From: an uncultured Peptococcaceae bacterium
GTDB lineage: Bacteria; Bacillota; Dehalobacteriia; UBA4068
Reading direction: 5' to 3'
DNA: 64,000 nucleotides
NCBI GenBank assembly: GCA_949289995.1
Contig: CASEQE010000009.1
Coordinates: 5,706-69,705 of the forward strand
How positions within the stretch are numbered: position 1 is the first letter of the stretch; every line of letters begins with the position of its first letter. Under the pieces are notes generated by a model, which worked only from the letters and a program-made list of their open reading frames with translations, had not been told where the DNA came from and made no database searches. This document shows, in pieces, positions 1 through 9,983 of the stretch. A program made the position numbers and the translations under genes.

Positions 1-575
1 TGGCCGACGGCTTAATCGGCCAAATGATGGAACCGGTAACCCTGCCGGAATTCAAAAGCGATGCACAAATCCAAACGGCCAAACCTTGGGCGGCCACCGG
101 TTGGCATGAAGGTTGCGGCCGCCCTCGGGCCATCGTCAATTCTCTGCATATTACCGATGAAGACTTGGAAGCGCTGCATGAACGTTTGCAAGCTACTTAC
201 CGCCAAATTGAAGCCAATGAAGTACGGGTGGAATTGTTCAACACAGAAAATGCAGAAATTGTCATCGCCGCCTATGGTACCATTTCCCGGGTTTGCCGCT
301 CCGCCATTAATGAACTGGCAAAACAAGGCGTAAAAGTGGGCTTAATTCGTCCCATTACGCTTTGGCCCTTCCCCAGCCAAGCCATAGCCCAGGTTGCCGC
401 CGAGCAATCGGTGAAAAAGTTTTTAACCGTGGAAATCAGTGCCGGACAAATGGTAGAAGATGTACGTTTGGCGGTAAACGGTAAAAAACCGGTAGAATTT
501 TTCGGCTATCCGGGCAGCCGGATTGCCACGGTTGATGAAATTGTCGCCAAGGTTTTGGAAATGAAGGAGGGATAA
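1..575 (+). CDS. 2-oxoacid:ferredoxin oxidoreductase alpha subunit, C-terminal part (5' end lies outside the window)
   Basis: The reading frame is open from the window edge. The C-terminal region (GLIRPITLWPFP, EISAGQMVEDVRL, FGYPGS) is typical of KorA/PorA-family alpha subunits. Cognate beta and gamma subunits follow directly. Confidence 0.75.
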   Translation, partial: ADGLIGQMMEPVTLPEFKSDAQIQTAKPWAATGWHEGCGRPRAIVNSLHITDEDLEALHERLQATYRQIEANEVRVELFNTENAEIVIAAYGTISRVCRSAINELAKQGVKVGLIRPITLWPFPSQAIAQVAAEQSVKKFLTVEISAGQMVEDVRLAVNGKKPVEFFGYPGSRIATVDEIVAKVLEMKEG

Positions 576-577
576 GC

Positions 578-1312
578 ATGACCCAGGTATTTGCCAGAAC
601 AAAAGGTCTGCTGGATGTAGATTTTCACTATTGCCCAGGTTGCACCCACGGCATCGTTCACCGGCTGGTGGCGGAAGTATTGGAAGAAATGGGACTTCTG
701 GACAAAGCCATCGGCGTTGCGCCGGTAGGCTGCGCCGTATTTGCTTATAATTATTTTAACTGCGATATGTATGAAGCTGCCCACGGCCGGGCACCGGCAG
801 TGGCCACTGGCTGCAAACGAGTCCATCCCCAAAATATTGTATTCACCTATCAAGGCGACGGCGATTTGGCTTCCATTGGTACTGCGGAAATCGTACATGC
901 CGCCCATCGGGGAGAAAAAATAACCGCTATTTTCATTAACAACGCTATTTATGGTATGACCGGCGGACAAATGGCTCCTACTACCCTGGTAGGACAAAAA
1001 ACCACCACCAGTCCCTACGGTCGGGATAAAGAATTATGCGGCTCGCCGATTCGCATTGCGGAAATGCTGGCCACCATCGAAGGTTCCGCCTATATTGAAC
1101 GGGTTGCTTGCAACAATAACGCCAATATCATCCGTACCAAAAAAGCCATCCAGAAAGCTTTCCAAGCGCAAATAGATCGCAAAGGCTTTTCTATGGTGGA
1201 AGTATTGGCTACTTGCCCCACCAACTGGGGCAAATCGCCGGTGGAAGCTATGAAATGGCTGGAAGAAAATATGATTCCCTATTATCCCCTAGGCGTATAT
1301 AAGGAGGTGTAA
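578..1312 (+). CDS. 2-oxoacid:ferredoxin oxidoreductase beta subunit (TPP-binding)
   Basis: RBS AAGGAGG precedes the start, 2 nt after the alpha-subunit stop. Cys-rich N-terminus (CPGCTHG) and the TPP-binding GDGD motif are present. Length is about 244 aa. Confidence 0.8.
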   Translation: MTQVFARTKGLLDVDFHYCPGCTHGIVHRLVAEVLEEMGLLDKAIGVAPVGCAVFAYNYFNCDMYEAAHGRAPAVATGCKRVHPQNIVFTYQGDGDLASIGTAEIVHAAHRGEKITAIFINNAIYGMTGGQMAPTTLVGQKTTTSPYGRDKELCGSPIRIAEMLATIEGSAYIERVACNNNANIIRTKKAIQKAFQAQIDRKGFSMVEVLATCPTNWGKSPVEAMKWLEENMIPYYPLGVYKEV

Positions 1313-1316
1313 GCGC

Positions 1317-1862
1317 ATGCTGGAAAGAAACATTTTCGCCGGCTTTGGCGGACAAGGCGTTTTGCTGATGGGGCAATTATTGGCATATGCGGCTATGATC
1401 GAGGACAAACAGGTAGCCTGGCTGCCCTCCTACGGCCCGGAAATCCGCGGCGGCACGGCCAATTGCAGCGTAACCATTTCCGACCAACAAATCGCTTCGC
1501 CGATTGTCGATTATCCCAATTCCATTATTGTGATGAATCGTCCTTCTTTGGATAAATTTGAACCCCAACTGATCAAAGGCGGCAAATTATTTGTCAACAG
1601 CTCTATCATTGATCGCAAAGCGATACGAGACGATATTGAAGTCTATTATGTGCCTTGCAATGAACTGGCAATGGAACTAGGCGATGCCCGGGTGGCAAAT
1701 ATCGTAATGCTGGGCGCCTATTTGGCGGCTACCCACTGTGTCAGCAAAGAAAGCCTGATGGATGCCCTGTTGCATAAATTAGGAGAAAGAAAAGCCCATT
1801 TGCTCCCCATTAACCAAGAGGCTTTTGAAAAAGGAGCGGCCATCGTCAAACAAGGAAAATAA
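1317..1862 (+). CDS. 2-oxoacid:ferredoxin oxidoreductase gamma subunit
   Basis: Translationally coupled to the beta subunit, with RBS AAGGAGG. The 181 aa product has the gamma-subunit fold signature (GFGGQGV...GPE.RGG). Confidence 0.75.
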   Translation: MLERNIFAGFGGQGVLLMGQLLAYAAMIEDKQVAWLPSYGPEIRGGTANCSVTISDQQIASPIVDYPNSIIVMNRPSLDKFEPQLIKGGKLFVNSSIIDRKAIRDDIEVYYVPCNELAMELGDARVANIVMLGAYLAATHCVSKESLMDALLHKLGERKAHLLPINQEAFEKGAAIVKQGK

Positions 1863-1960
1863 GGCACTGTCAACGATAAAATTATTTACCCTTGAATTTT
1901 AGCTTACAATGTTATAGAATGGACTTGAGTTTGGAAAAAAAAAGAACAGGAGTTGATTTC

Positions 1961-3241
1961 ATGAAATTGGCGGATATGGATAAAAGCCAACTACAGGCCA
2001 TGAAGGCCGATCTGGAAAAACAATTTGGGGAATTTAAAGCACGGGGCCTGAAATTAAATATGGCCAGAGGTAAACCTTCTTCCGCCCAATTGGATCTTTC
2101 TATGGGATTGTTGCATGCTTTGGACGGTTGTTCGCTGAAAGCTGCCGACGGCACCGACGTACGCAATTACGGCGGTTTGAATGGTATTCCGGAAGCCAGA
2201 GCTTTGTTTGGCGAAATCCTCGGCATGCCGGCGGATCAAATTATTATTGGCGGCAGCGCCAGCCTGAACTTGATGTACGACACGATTAGCCGGGCTTTCC
2301 TCCATGGCGTTTTGCCTGGTTCTACTCCTTGGAGCAAAGTAGACGGCATTAAATTCCTCTGCCCTGCCCCTGGTTATGACCGGCATTTTTCCATTTGCCA
2401 ATCTTTCAACATCGAAATGATCCCCGTGCCGCTGAAAGAAGACGGCCCGGATATGGATATCATTGAAAAATTATTGGCTGCCGACGATACCATTAAAGGT
2501 ATTTGGTGCGTACCCATGTACTCCAATCCCGACGGCATCACCTACAGCGACGAAGTGGTCAAACGCTTTGCTGCTTTGAAACCCGCCGCCAAAGATTTCC
2601 GTATTTTCTGGGACAACGCCTATTGCATGCACCATCTGGATCCTAACAATCCGGATCATCTGTACAACATATATGATGCCTGCAAAGCTGCAGGAAATGA
2701 AGACATGGTCTATATGTTTGCTTCCACTTCCAAAATCACCTTTGCCGGCAGCGGTATCAGCGCCATGGCCGCTTCTCCCGCCAATATTGAATTCACCTCC
2801 AAACAATTAAATATTCAGACCATCAGCTATGACAAAGTAAACCAACTGCGTCATTGCAAATTCCTCCCCAACAAAGCTGCCATCGAAGCGCATATGGCAA
2901 AACATGCCGCCATTCTGAAACCCAAATTCCAAATGGTGGTTGAAACTTTGGAAAAAGAAATCGCTCCTTTGGGCGTTGCCCACTGGCATAACCCCAAAGG
3001 CGGCTACTTCGTATCTTTCTACGGCATGGACGGCACGGCGAAACGTACCGTTGAATTGTGCAAAGAAGGCGGCGTGGTATTGACCGGCGCCGGCGCTACC
3101 TATCCCTACGGCAAAGATCCTCATGACAGCAACATCCGTATCGCTCCTTCTCTGCCCCCGGTAGAAGAATTGAAACAGGCGATGGAACTGTTCTGCATCG
3201 CCGTAAAACTGGCCAGCGTGGAAAGATTGTTAGCTAAATAA
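1961..3241 (+). CDS. PLP-dependent aminotransferase (class I/II fold)
   Basis: ATG at 1961 is preceded by AGGAG; the ORF-track start at 1892 lacks an RBS. Internal STSK Schiff-base lysine context and class I aminotransferase length are consistent. It sits downstream of an OFOR, so it is probably an amino-acid to 2-oxoacid module. Confidence 0.6.
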   Translation: MKLADMDKSQLQAMKADLEKQFGEFKARGLKLNMARGKPSSAQLDLSMGLLHALDGCSLKAADGTDVRNYGGLNGIPEARALFGEILGMPADQIIIGGSASLNLMYDTISRAFLHGVLPGSTPWSKVDGIKFLCPAPGYDRHFSICQSFNIEMIPVPLKEDGPDMDIIEKLLAADDTIKGIWCVPMYSNPDGITYSDEVVKRFAALKPAAKDFRIFWDNAYCMHHLDPNNPDHLYNIYDACKAAGNEDMVYMFASTSKITFAGSGISAMAASPANIEFTSKQLNIQTISYDKVNQLRHCKFLPNKAAIEAHMAKHAAILKPKFQMVVETLEKEIAPLGVAHWHNPKGGYFVSFYGMDGTAKRTVELCKEGGVVLTGAGATYPYGKDPHDSNIRIAPSLPPVEELKQAMELFCIAVKLASVERLLAK

Positions 3242-3269
3242 CATCGTTCAACAACTTTATTTTTAAACC

Positions 3270-3299
3270 AAAAACCGCCCATATAGGCGGTTTTTGGTT
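3270..3299. terminator. Rho-independent terminator shared by convergent genes
   Basis: Hairpin AAACCGCC-CATATA-GGCGGTTT, A-rich on the 5' side and T-rich on the 3' side. Confidence 0.7.
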
Positions 3300-3335
3300 T
3301 GTCAGGAGATCTTTAGAAAAATTCAGTTTTAAAAA

Positions 3336-5747
3336 TTAGGCAGCTTGTCCTACTTGCGCGACCAAAATCGTAATATCATCTTTAATTTTACCACCGCTAA
3401 TACCCATGACTTCATTTAGCAAATATTCGGCCATTTCCTGAGGATCGCTATAGTTTGCCTGTTCAATCACCCGTGATAACCAGGCGCCGTCGCCTTTGAC
3501 ATCCGTGTCTAAAAGGCCATCCGATGCCAAAATAATAAAATCCCCAGGCAAAAGATGTTCACAAATGGTTTCTTTTTCCACATTATAGAGCATACCCACG
3601 GGTAAACTATCTCCTTTGATGGTTTTCACCGTACAACCTCTTTTAATATAGCTGGGGCTGCCGCCGGTTTTAATAAACTCCGCCTTACAATCATACAAAT
3701 CAATAATGCATAAATCCATCGTGACAAAGCTTTCTTCATTCCCACGCAAAGATAGGGCAGCGTTCACCACGTCGATGGCGGTATCTTCAACGAATCCAGC
3801 TTCCAACAAACGGCTGACTAACGATAAGGCGGCGCCGCTTTCCCGAGCAGCTTTTTCCCCTACGCCCATTCCGTCGCTAACCATTAATAAATGCCGTCCT
3901 TCTTCTAACAGCATACTGCCTCCCGTATCGCCGCAAACCCCTTTGCTATCTCTGGCTAATTGGGCTTGTCCAATTTTTATGCTATGAGCGCCGGCCGCCA
4001 ATAGGCGATAATAACAGCGTTCTTGACAATCCTTACCGCCGCAACGGTGTTCATAAACGAAGAAATCATTTCCAACCAAACGAGTCACTTCTTGTGCAAT
4101 CGTATCCCGGCAGTATATTTCGCCTGGACATTCTATATATTGCGCCCATATATCTACGGTTCGAGCATTAACGGAAATTAAACCTGCGCTTTCAATAGGC
4201 AATCCCCTTTTTGCTACCGCTCGCTGCAATTCTCTTTCCAACACTTCTCTTTCGTCGCCAAATTCAATGATTTCATGGGAAATTTTATCCATTACCTGGG
4301 CAGCACCATTTAATTGCGCCGCCAATAGTTTGCGGCTATTAATGCGTTGTAATTGCCAAAAGCTATCGCGACAATGCATATCATACAAGCAATTGATAAT
4401 GGCTACCAGCTCTTTAATATGTGGACAACGTTTAGAAAAGTTTTCCGGCACATCCTTCACTTCCGCTAAGCCATGATTGCGGATCACGTTAAATAAACCG
4501 ATTACCCCATCGAACGTCTCTCGATAATCCAACTCCCAACAAATATCCCGCAAGGAACAGGCGCCGCACAATTGGTGGGACAATTGATCCAAAGAGGCGC
4601 GAACCATATCCTCTTCCCCCAGTAGCTCTTCTCCACTAATATCGGCTAAAGTGGAAGACAATTCCCGATACAACCAACCGCAATTGCGCAACTTGCGTAC
4701 AGCTAAACGCAGCAAACGTTCATTTTTTTCTTCTTTGGCACTTTTTAAGCCCGACGATGAAAAAGCCCGTAACAAAAACGCATATGCTTTTTGAGGGATT
4801 GCAATAAAGAATATCGCAGCTATCAAGGATGATAGAAGATATGCGCTAATTTCTTCGCCGCTTAGCAAATACAAAGCCAAAATCAGATTTCCCAACAAAA
4901 AGCCTAATGTCGCCCCTAATTTGCCAAAGCTGGAAAACACCCCGGATAACATACCGGAAAAAGCGTATGCTGCAATAAGGGATGGGCTAATTACCGCCGA
5001 TAAACTAGGGACGATGCCCAACATAGCGCCAATTGCCGCTCCGGAACCAGCGCCCCCTAAATAAGCTACCATCAGGATTGCCAAACGACTAACAATGCTT
5101 TGTATATCGCAACCGCCAATTTGCCAGCCGGATAAGCCGCAAATTACCCCGATACCGGCAACAAATATACATATGGTTTCATCCGTGGTAAAACGTCTTG
5201 AAACGTCGAAACGACGGCAAGCGTTCAAAATCACCATAAATACCAAGGACAAACCGCCAGCAATAATAGCCTCAAAAACGCCGATCAATAATTGATAACT
5301 GTTAAAACCAGTAATTGCAATGACCAAACCTTTGCTGACCAATACTGCCGAAAGCACCATACCCGGTACCACAAACCATTGTTTTTTGCCATCTACACCA
5401 TACAACAGGAAAACAATGGTCAGTAAAGCAATAATCGACAAATAGACGAAAAACATCCTGCCGCTTAGTACCGTAAGGAAACCACACACGATTGGTAAAG
5501 CATAAATCGCTCCTCGCTTGGGGTATGTAACCATTACCGCTGCAAAAAAAGCGGGAGCAAAAGGGTATAATCCCCCCAAAACCTGCGCTCTTGCCAAAAG
5601 AAAACCTACGACAAAGAAAACGCAAAAGCGCAAAGCAAGCGTTCTGTTTCGCAACATACTTTTATGCTTGCCGCAAGGTTTAGCAGGCTGTTGGTCGTTT
5701 AAACCGCTTTTACGTTTAAACGGGTAAACCTGGGGAATATCCGACAT
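3336..5747 (-). CDS. spoIIE: Stage II sporulation protein E (PP2C phosphatase with polytopic N-terminus)
   Basis: 803 aa. The N-terminal about 330 aa is multi-TM, and the C-terminal region is a PP2C phosphatase domain (DGMGVGEKAARESGAA...ILASDGLL). The architecture is unique to SpoIIE. Confidence 0.9.
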   Translation of the reverse strand: MSDIPQVYPFKRKSGLNDQQPAKPCGKHKSMLRNRTLALRFCVFFVVGFLLARAQVLGGLYPFAPAFFAAVMVTYPKRGAIYALPIVCGFLTVLSGRMFFVYLSIIALLTIVFLLYGVDGKKQWFVVPGMVLSAVLVSKGLVIAITGFNSYQLLIGVFEAIIAGGLSLVFMVILNACRRFDVSRRFTTDETICIFVAGIGVICGLSGWQIGGCDIQSIVSRLAILMVAYLGGAGSGAAIGAMLGIVPSLSAVISPSLIAAYAFSGMLSGVFSSFGKLGATLGFLLGNLILALYLLSGEEISAYLLSSLIAAIFFIAIPQKAYAFLLRAFSSSGLKSAKEEKNERLLRLAVRKLRNCGWLYRELSSTLADISGEELLGEEDMVRASLDQLSHQLCGACSLRDICWELDYRETFDGVIGLFNVIRNHGLAEVKDVPENFSKRCPHIKELVAIINCLYDMHCRDSFWQLQRINSRKLLAAQLNGAAQVMDKISHEIIEFGDEREVLERELQRAVAKRGLPIESAGLISVNARTVDIWAQYIECPGEIYCRDTIAQEVTRLVGNDFFVYEHRCGGKDCQERCYYRLLAAGAHSIKIGQAQLARDSKGVCGDTGGSMLLEEGRHLLMVSDGMGVGEKAARESGAALSLVSRLLEAGFVEDTAIDVVNAALSLRGNEESFVTMDLCIIDLYDCKAEFIKTGGSPSYIKRGCTVKTIKGDSLPVGMLYNVEKETICEHLLPGDFIILASDGLLDTDVKGDGAWLSRVIEQANYSDPQEMAEYLLNEVMGISGGKIKDDITILVAQVGQAA

Positions 5748-5825
5748 AAAATCACCACCTATAAATCTTTTGTCCTTCCGTTTACTTGAAGTGATTTAAT
5801 TATAGATTTTCTTCCTTGAAAAACA

Positions 5826-5832
5826 TGTCGAA
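5826..5832 (+). promoter_or_regulatory. Candidate Spo0A box (TGTCGAA) upstream of spoIIE; a second box-like TGTCGCA lies on the minus strand at 5858-5864
   Basis: Exact match to the 0A-box heptamer about 80 nt upstream of the spoIIE start. In Bacillus, spoIIE is Spo0A~P-dependent. Confidence 0.3.
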
Positions 5833-6001
5833 ACAGTGAAAAGAACGGAAATTAGTTTGCGACAAATATTGAGCAAACTATATTTTTCCAGATAAAAATC
5901 GCATTTCCACAATTTGGATTTGGGTTTATATTGCACAATATGTTAAAATAACATATATTCTGATGAATATTTGTTCTAGATAAAAAACAAGGGGGCATAT
6001 T

Positions 6002-6829
6002 ATGAAACGTATTCAAAAACAAATATGGGCTATCTTGATTATTGCTTTGCTGGTTTTGTTTCCCATAAGCGCCAGCGCCGTCAGCAACGTAAATGATTGT
6101 AGCGATTGTGGCGCTAATACGATCTGTAACGACATTACTCGCGCCGCCAACGACGTCTGTCCTGATCAAGAGAACCCATGCACAACAAACAATTTGGGCG
6201 ATACATATACAAACGCCCGGCAAGAAAAGACGGCAAATCCATATGACGTCCAAGACGTCAACGCAAATGCACAAAAGAATGATGACCGTGCCGCTTTTTC
6301 ATGGACAAGCCTAGTCCAATACTTATTTGGCAATAGCGATTTCGCTCAATATTTAGCCAATCTTTTCGCTATCCAAGCGCCGTCTACCGCGCAAGAGATT
6401 GATACGGAAACGCCGCAAATGGTTACCTATCAATCCCCTAGCTTGGAAGGATATGCGCAACAGGTATTAGATTTGGTGAATCAAGAACGGGCAAAGGAAA
6501 ATTTACCGTCTTTAAGTCTGGATCCTAATCTGGCTGCCGCCGCACAAATCCGCGCCGGGGAAATCAGTCTGAGCTTTAGCCATACCCGTCCCGACGGTAG
6601 CAGCTGTTTTACCGCGTTAACGGAAGCTGGCGCTACTTATAATAAAGCCGGCGAAAATATTGCAATCGGTCAAAATACGCCGGAAGAAGTAGTGGCAGAC
6701 TGGATGGCTTCACCGGGACATAGAGATAATATTATGAACGCCAATTATAGCCGTATCGGCATCGGCGTAGAGGAAAGCACCGACAATCAATACGGCGGCT
6801 ATGCCTGGACACAATTCTTTGCCGATTAA
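6002..6829 (+). CDS. Secreted CAP/SCP/PR-1 domain protein (YkwD-like), Cys-rich after the signal peptide
   Basis: N-terminal signal peptide. The C-terminal CAP domain has GHRDNIMNANYSRIGIG and GENIAIG motifs. Confidence 0.7.
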   Translation: MKRIQKQIWAILIIALLVLFPISASAVSNVNDCSDCGANTICNDITRAANDVCPDQENPCTTNNLGDTYTNARQEKTANPYDVQDVNANAQKNDDRAAFSWTSLVQYLFGNSDFAQYLANLFAIQAPSTAQEIDTETPQMVTYQSPSLEGYAQQVLDLVNQERAKENLPSLSLDPNLAAAAQIRAGEISLSFSHTRPDGSSCFTALTEAGATYNKAGENIAIGQNTPEEVVADWMASPGHRDNIMNANYSRIGIGVEESTDNQYGGYAWTQFFAD

Positions 6830-6925
6830 ACTTTGCTGCTAACCATATCGTCATTGACGATCTATCCAACCGACATACTGCATAAAAACGCCTGACAAAC
6901 CCTTATCTTGCATAGTATTTACAAC

Positions 6926-6964
6926 AAATCGCCGTCTTCTGCCAAAGAAAACGGCGATTTTGTA
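6926..6964 (+). terminator. Rho-independent terminator after the CAP-domain gene
   Basis: A 10-bp stem (AAATCGCCGT / ACGGCGATTT) is followed by TTTGT. Confidence 0.5.
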
Positions 6965-7243
6965 CAAAAGCAAACGTAAATCTCTTCCATTATATTTTAT
7001 TTCCCTGAAAGCAAGCTTATTGCCTTTGCTTTATGCACTGGCCAATCATTATGCCAGAGACGTTTGCTTTTCTTTGCGATCAAAATAAAAACCTTATATT
7101 TTCAGGGATAAATTTTCATTTATTGTTCATAAAAAATTCAGGTAACAATTTACTTGAAATCAAATTGGCAAATTATGCTAAAATATATAAAGCACGAATG
7201 GTATTAGAAAAGCTATAATAAATAAAGGAAAGGGGTATAAAGC

Positions 7244-8281
7244 ATGATCAATTTTGAAAAAATTCGGGTTGTCCAGTATGGTTGCGGTAAAATGAGCAAA
7301 TATATCCTGCGCTATTTATATGAAAAAGGAGCAGAAATTGTTGGCGCCATCGACGTCAATCCAGAAATCGTCGGTATGGATATTGGCGACTTCGCTGATT
7401 TAGGCTGTCATTTAGGCGTTGCGATTCGTGACGATGCCGACGCCGTTTTGGACGAATGCGATCCGGATATTGCGATTCTCACTTTGTTTAGTTTCATGGA
7501 TGACGTATACCCGCATTTCGAACGCTGCGCTTCCCGTGGCATTAACGTAATCACCACCTGCGAAGAAGCCATTTACCCCTGGACCACCTCCGCGGCTATC
7601 ACCAATAAATTGGATAAAATGGCCAAAGAAAACGGCTGCACCATCGTTGGTTCCGGTATGCAGGATATTTATTGGATTAATATGATCGGCTGCGTAGCCG
7701 GTGGCGTACACCGTATCGATAAAATCGAGGGAGCGGTTAGCTACAACGTAGAAGACTATGGTCTTGCTTTGGCCGAAGCCCATGGCGCCGGTATGACGCC
7801 AGAAGAATTTGAAGAAAAAATCGCTCACCCCACTACCTTGGAACCTAGCTATGTATGGAATTCCAATGAAGCCTTGTGCAATAAAATGGGTTGGACGATT
7901 AAATCGCAAACCCAAAAATGCGTGCCTTATTTCTACGACAAGGACTTATATTCCGCAACGTTAGGGCGCACGATTCCCAAAGGCAATTGTATTGGTATGA
8001 GCGCCGTGGTCACCACCGAAACTTTCCAAGGACCGATTATCGAAACGCAATGCATTGGTAAAGTATATGGCCCGGACGATGGCGATATGTGCGATTGGAA
8101 AATTACTGGCGAACCGGATACCACCTTCTTTGTACAAAAACCTGCCACGGTAGAACACACTTGCGCCACCATCGTCAATCGTATTCCCGATGTACTGAAC
8201 GCCCCTGCAGGTTATATTACGGCAGAAAAACTGCCGGAGGCCCACTATTTATCCTGGCCTATGCATATCTATATTGACTAA
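7244..8281 (+). CDS. DapB-like NAD(P)-dependent oxidoreductase (2,4-diaminopentanoate dehydrogenase / native amine dehydrogenase family)
   Basis: N-terminal Rossmann motif ([21 protein letters not shown]) and a 345 aa length are typical of Ord/nat-AmDH enzymes. RBS AGGAAAGGGG precedes the start. No ornithine-fermentation partners (ora/ort) are nearby. Confidence 0.45.
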   Translation: MINFEKIRVVQYGCGKMSKYILRYLYEKGAEIVGAIDVNPEIVGMDIGDFADLGCHLGVAIRDDADAVLDECDPDIAILTLFSFMDDVYPHFERCASRGINVITTCEEAIYPWTTSAAITNKLDKMAKENGCTIVGSGMQDIYWINMIGCVAGGVHRIDKIEGAVSYNVEDYGLALAEAHGAGMTPEEFEEKIAHPTTLEPSYVWNSNEALCNKMGWTIKSQTQKCVPYFYDKDLYSATLGRTIPKGNCIGMSAVVTTETFQGPIIETQCIGKVYGPDDGDMCDWKITGEPDTTFFVQKPATVEHTCATIVNRIPDVLNAPAGYITAEKLPEAHYLSWPMHIYID

Positions 8282-8332
8282 TTCTCCCTCTAAACATCAG
8301 AACCTCAAGAAAAATCCTTTTCCCAAATTGCA

Positions 8333-8364
8333 GGGCCTCTCTTTTTCGAGAGGTCCTTTTTCTT
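8333..8364 (+). terminator. Rho-independent terminator
   Basis: Hairpin CCTCTC-TTTTTC-GAGAGG followed by TCCTTTTTCTT. Confidence 0.5.
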
Positions 8365-8462
8365 CACGTTGCCCCCCTTGTCCACCAAGACGATTCGCCA
8401 TAAGCAAGCATAAAACATACCCTCAAGGCATAATATGAAGAAAAACGCCTGGAGGAACAGCT

Positions 8463-8810
8463 ATGGAAAACGAGAAATATATGACTCTTAAAGAAGTAAG
8501 CGATCTAGCGCATATTCCCTATGCTACGGTAAAAAGAGATATTGATAACGGCGTTCTCCCCGCCTATAAAGTAGGCAGAAAATACTTCATCGCCTTAAAG
8601 GATGGCCAAACATATGCGAAACATAAACAAGAAATTTTATCCACGCAAGGTTATACGATCAAAGAATTGCAGGAAATCTTGCCTTTAAGCTATGCCTTTA
8701 TTATCGAATTAATCAAAAGTCATAAATTACACGCCATAAAAAGCGGCCGTCGCTATATCATTCCCCATGCCGAATTTCATCGTTTTTTGGAAAGCAGCTC
8801 GCTAAAGTAA
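8463..8810 (+). CDS. Small DNA-binding protein with two tandem excisionase/MerR-type HTH domains
   Basis: Two repeats of the HTH_17-like pattern (MTLKEVSDLAHIPYATVKRDIDNGVLPAYKVGRKYFI and YTIKELQEILPLSYAFIIELIKSHKLHAIKSGRRYIIPHAEF). 115 aa. Confidence 0.55.
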   Translation: MENEKYMTLKEVSDLAHIPYATVKRDIDNGVLPAYKVGRKYFIALKDGQTYAKHKQEILSTQGYTIKELQEILPLSYAFIIELIKSHKLHAIKSGRRYIIPHAEFHRFLESSSLK

Positions 8811-8879
8811 TTTCTATCTATGGCGGATAAAGGAATTACCCTGTCGAACAGCCAATTATTCTTTCAGAGGTGTGCATAA

Positions 8880-9860
8880 ATGAAAGAAGAATGGCAAAAC
8901 TTGGAAGATCAGTGGCTTGCCCCCTGGGCTGCCCACAGCCGCAACAGCAAAGGACGCATACGTCCCGAACTGGAATGTTCCGTACGCACATGTTATCAAA
9001 GAGATCGAGATAGAATTATTCATACAAAAGCTTTCCGCCGCCTGATGCATAAAGCGCAGGTGTTTTTACACCCCCAAAGCGAACATTTCCGCACACGCCT
9101 GACCCATACCTTGGAATTGTCTCAGATTGCTAGAACGGCGGCAAGGGCATTGCATTTAAACGAGGATTTAACAGAAGCCATTGCAATGGGACATGATTTG
9201 GGCCATGCTCCCTTTGGCCATGCCGGCGAGCGCGCCCTGGCGGAACTCTGTCCCGGCTTCGCCCACAACAAACATAGTTTGCGCATTGTCGATCATTTAG
9301 AAAAAAACAACAAAGGTTTGAACTTAAGCTTCGAAGTACGAGACGGTATCTTAAACCATAGCGGCGACCAGGGCGTTCCTCACACCCTGGAAGGCAAACT
9401 GGTTCGTCTGTGCGACCGAATCGCTTATTTAAATCATGATATTGACGATGCGATTCGTGCAGGATTGATTCAACAACAAAGCCTACCTCCAGCCGCATTG
9501 TTTTTTGGCGAAAGCCAAAGCCAACGAATTAACGCCATGGTCTTGGACTTGGTGGAAAATAGCCGCAATCAACCGCATATTCAAATGTCTTCGACGGCTG
9601 CGGATGCATTGACGAACTTGCGGGAATTTATGTTTGACACCGTCTATTTAAATCCACAAAAATTGGCCGAAGAACGACAAGCGCGCCGGATAATCCACAA
9701 TTTATATGCTTATTATCTGGAAAATCCCCATTTATTACCCCCGGAACATACGCAATATCCATTACAAACAGCCGTTGTAGATTATATTGCCGGTATGACG
9801 GATAAATTTGCTATTGAACATTATTTATCCCTATTTCCAGAAGATCGGCTGTCGTTTTGA
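8880..9860 (+). CDS. dgt: dGTP triphosphohydrolase-like HD-domain protein
   Basis: HD motif (RLTHTLELSQIAR ... HDLGHAPFGH). It sits directly upstream of dnaG, as in many Firmicutes. Confidence 0.8.
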   Translation: MKEEWQNLEDQWLAPWAAHSRNSKGRIRPELECSVRTCYQRDRDRIIHTKAFRRLMHKAQVFLHPQSEHFRTRLTHTLELSQIARTAARALHLNEDLTEAIAMGHDLGHAPFGHAGERALAELCPGFAHNKHSLRIVDHLEKNNKGLNLSFEVRDGILNHSGDQGVPHTLEGKLVRLCDRIAYLNHDIDDAIRAGLIQQQSLPPAALFFGESQSQRINAMVLDLVENSRNQPHIQMSSTAADALTNLREFMFDTVYLNPQKLAEERQARRIIHNLYAYYLENPHLLPPEHTQYPLQTAVVDYIAGMTDKFAIEHYLSLFPEDRLSF

Positions 9861-9983
9861 ACCGCCGTGTTTTACAAAAGGTATAGCATGCGGAAAAATA
9901 GGCCATAATAGCAGCAGTTTGGCAGGAAATGGCAGAAATAAAAGCGAATAACTTTGGGCACGGCAAAAGGCGGTGAAGCAACA

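Noticed and set aside
2054-3124. Several 100-115 aa minus-strand ORFs
   Set aside because: All are antisense to the well-supported aminotransferase gene. The same applies to the antisense ORFs inside rpoD, thrC, secA, spoIVA, argG, selA and sdaA that appear in the track.
8463-8810. Possible prophage or integrative-element remnant suggested by the excisionase-like tandem HTH
   Set aside because: No integrase, recombinase, att-like direct repeats, phage structural genes or tRNA-adjacent insertion signature are present. Flanking genes are core (dgt-dnaG-sigA). It was kept as a regulator only.
8843-8849. Isolated TGTCGAA heptamer upstream of dgt
   Set aside because: A single 7-mer is expected by chance several times in 64 kb on two strands. 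dgt is not a plausible Spo0A target, so this is treated as background.
9954-9983. Upstream extension of dnaG (MGTAKGGEAT...)
   Set aside because: No RBS precedes 9954. ATG 9984 is preceded by AAAGGCGGTG and gives a canonical primase N-terminus.
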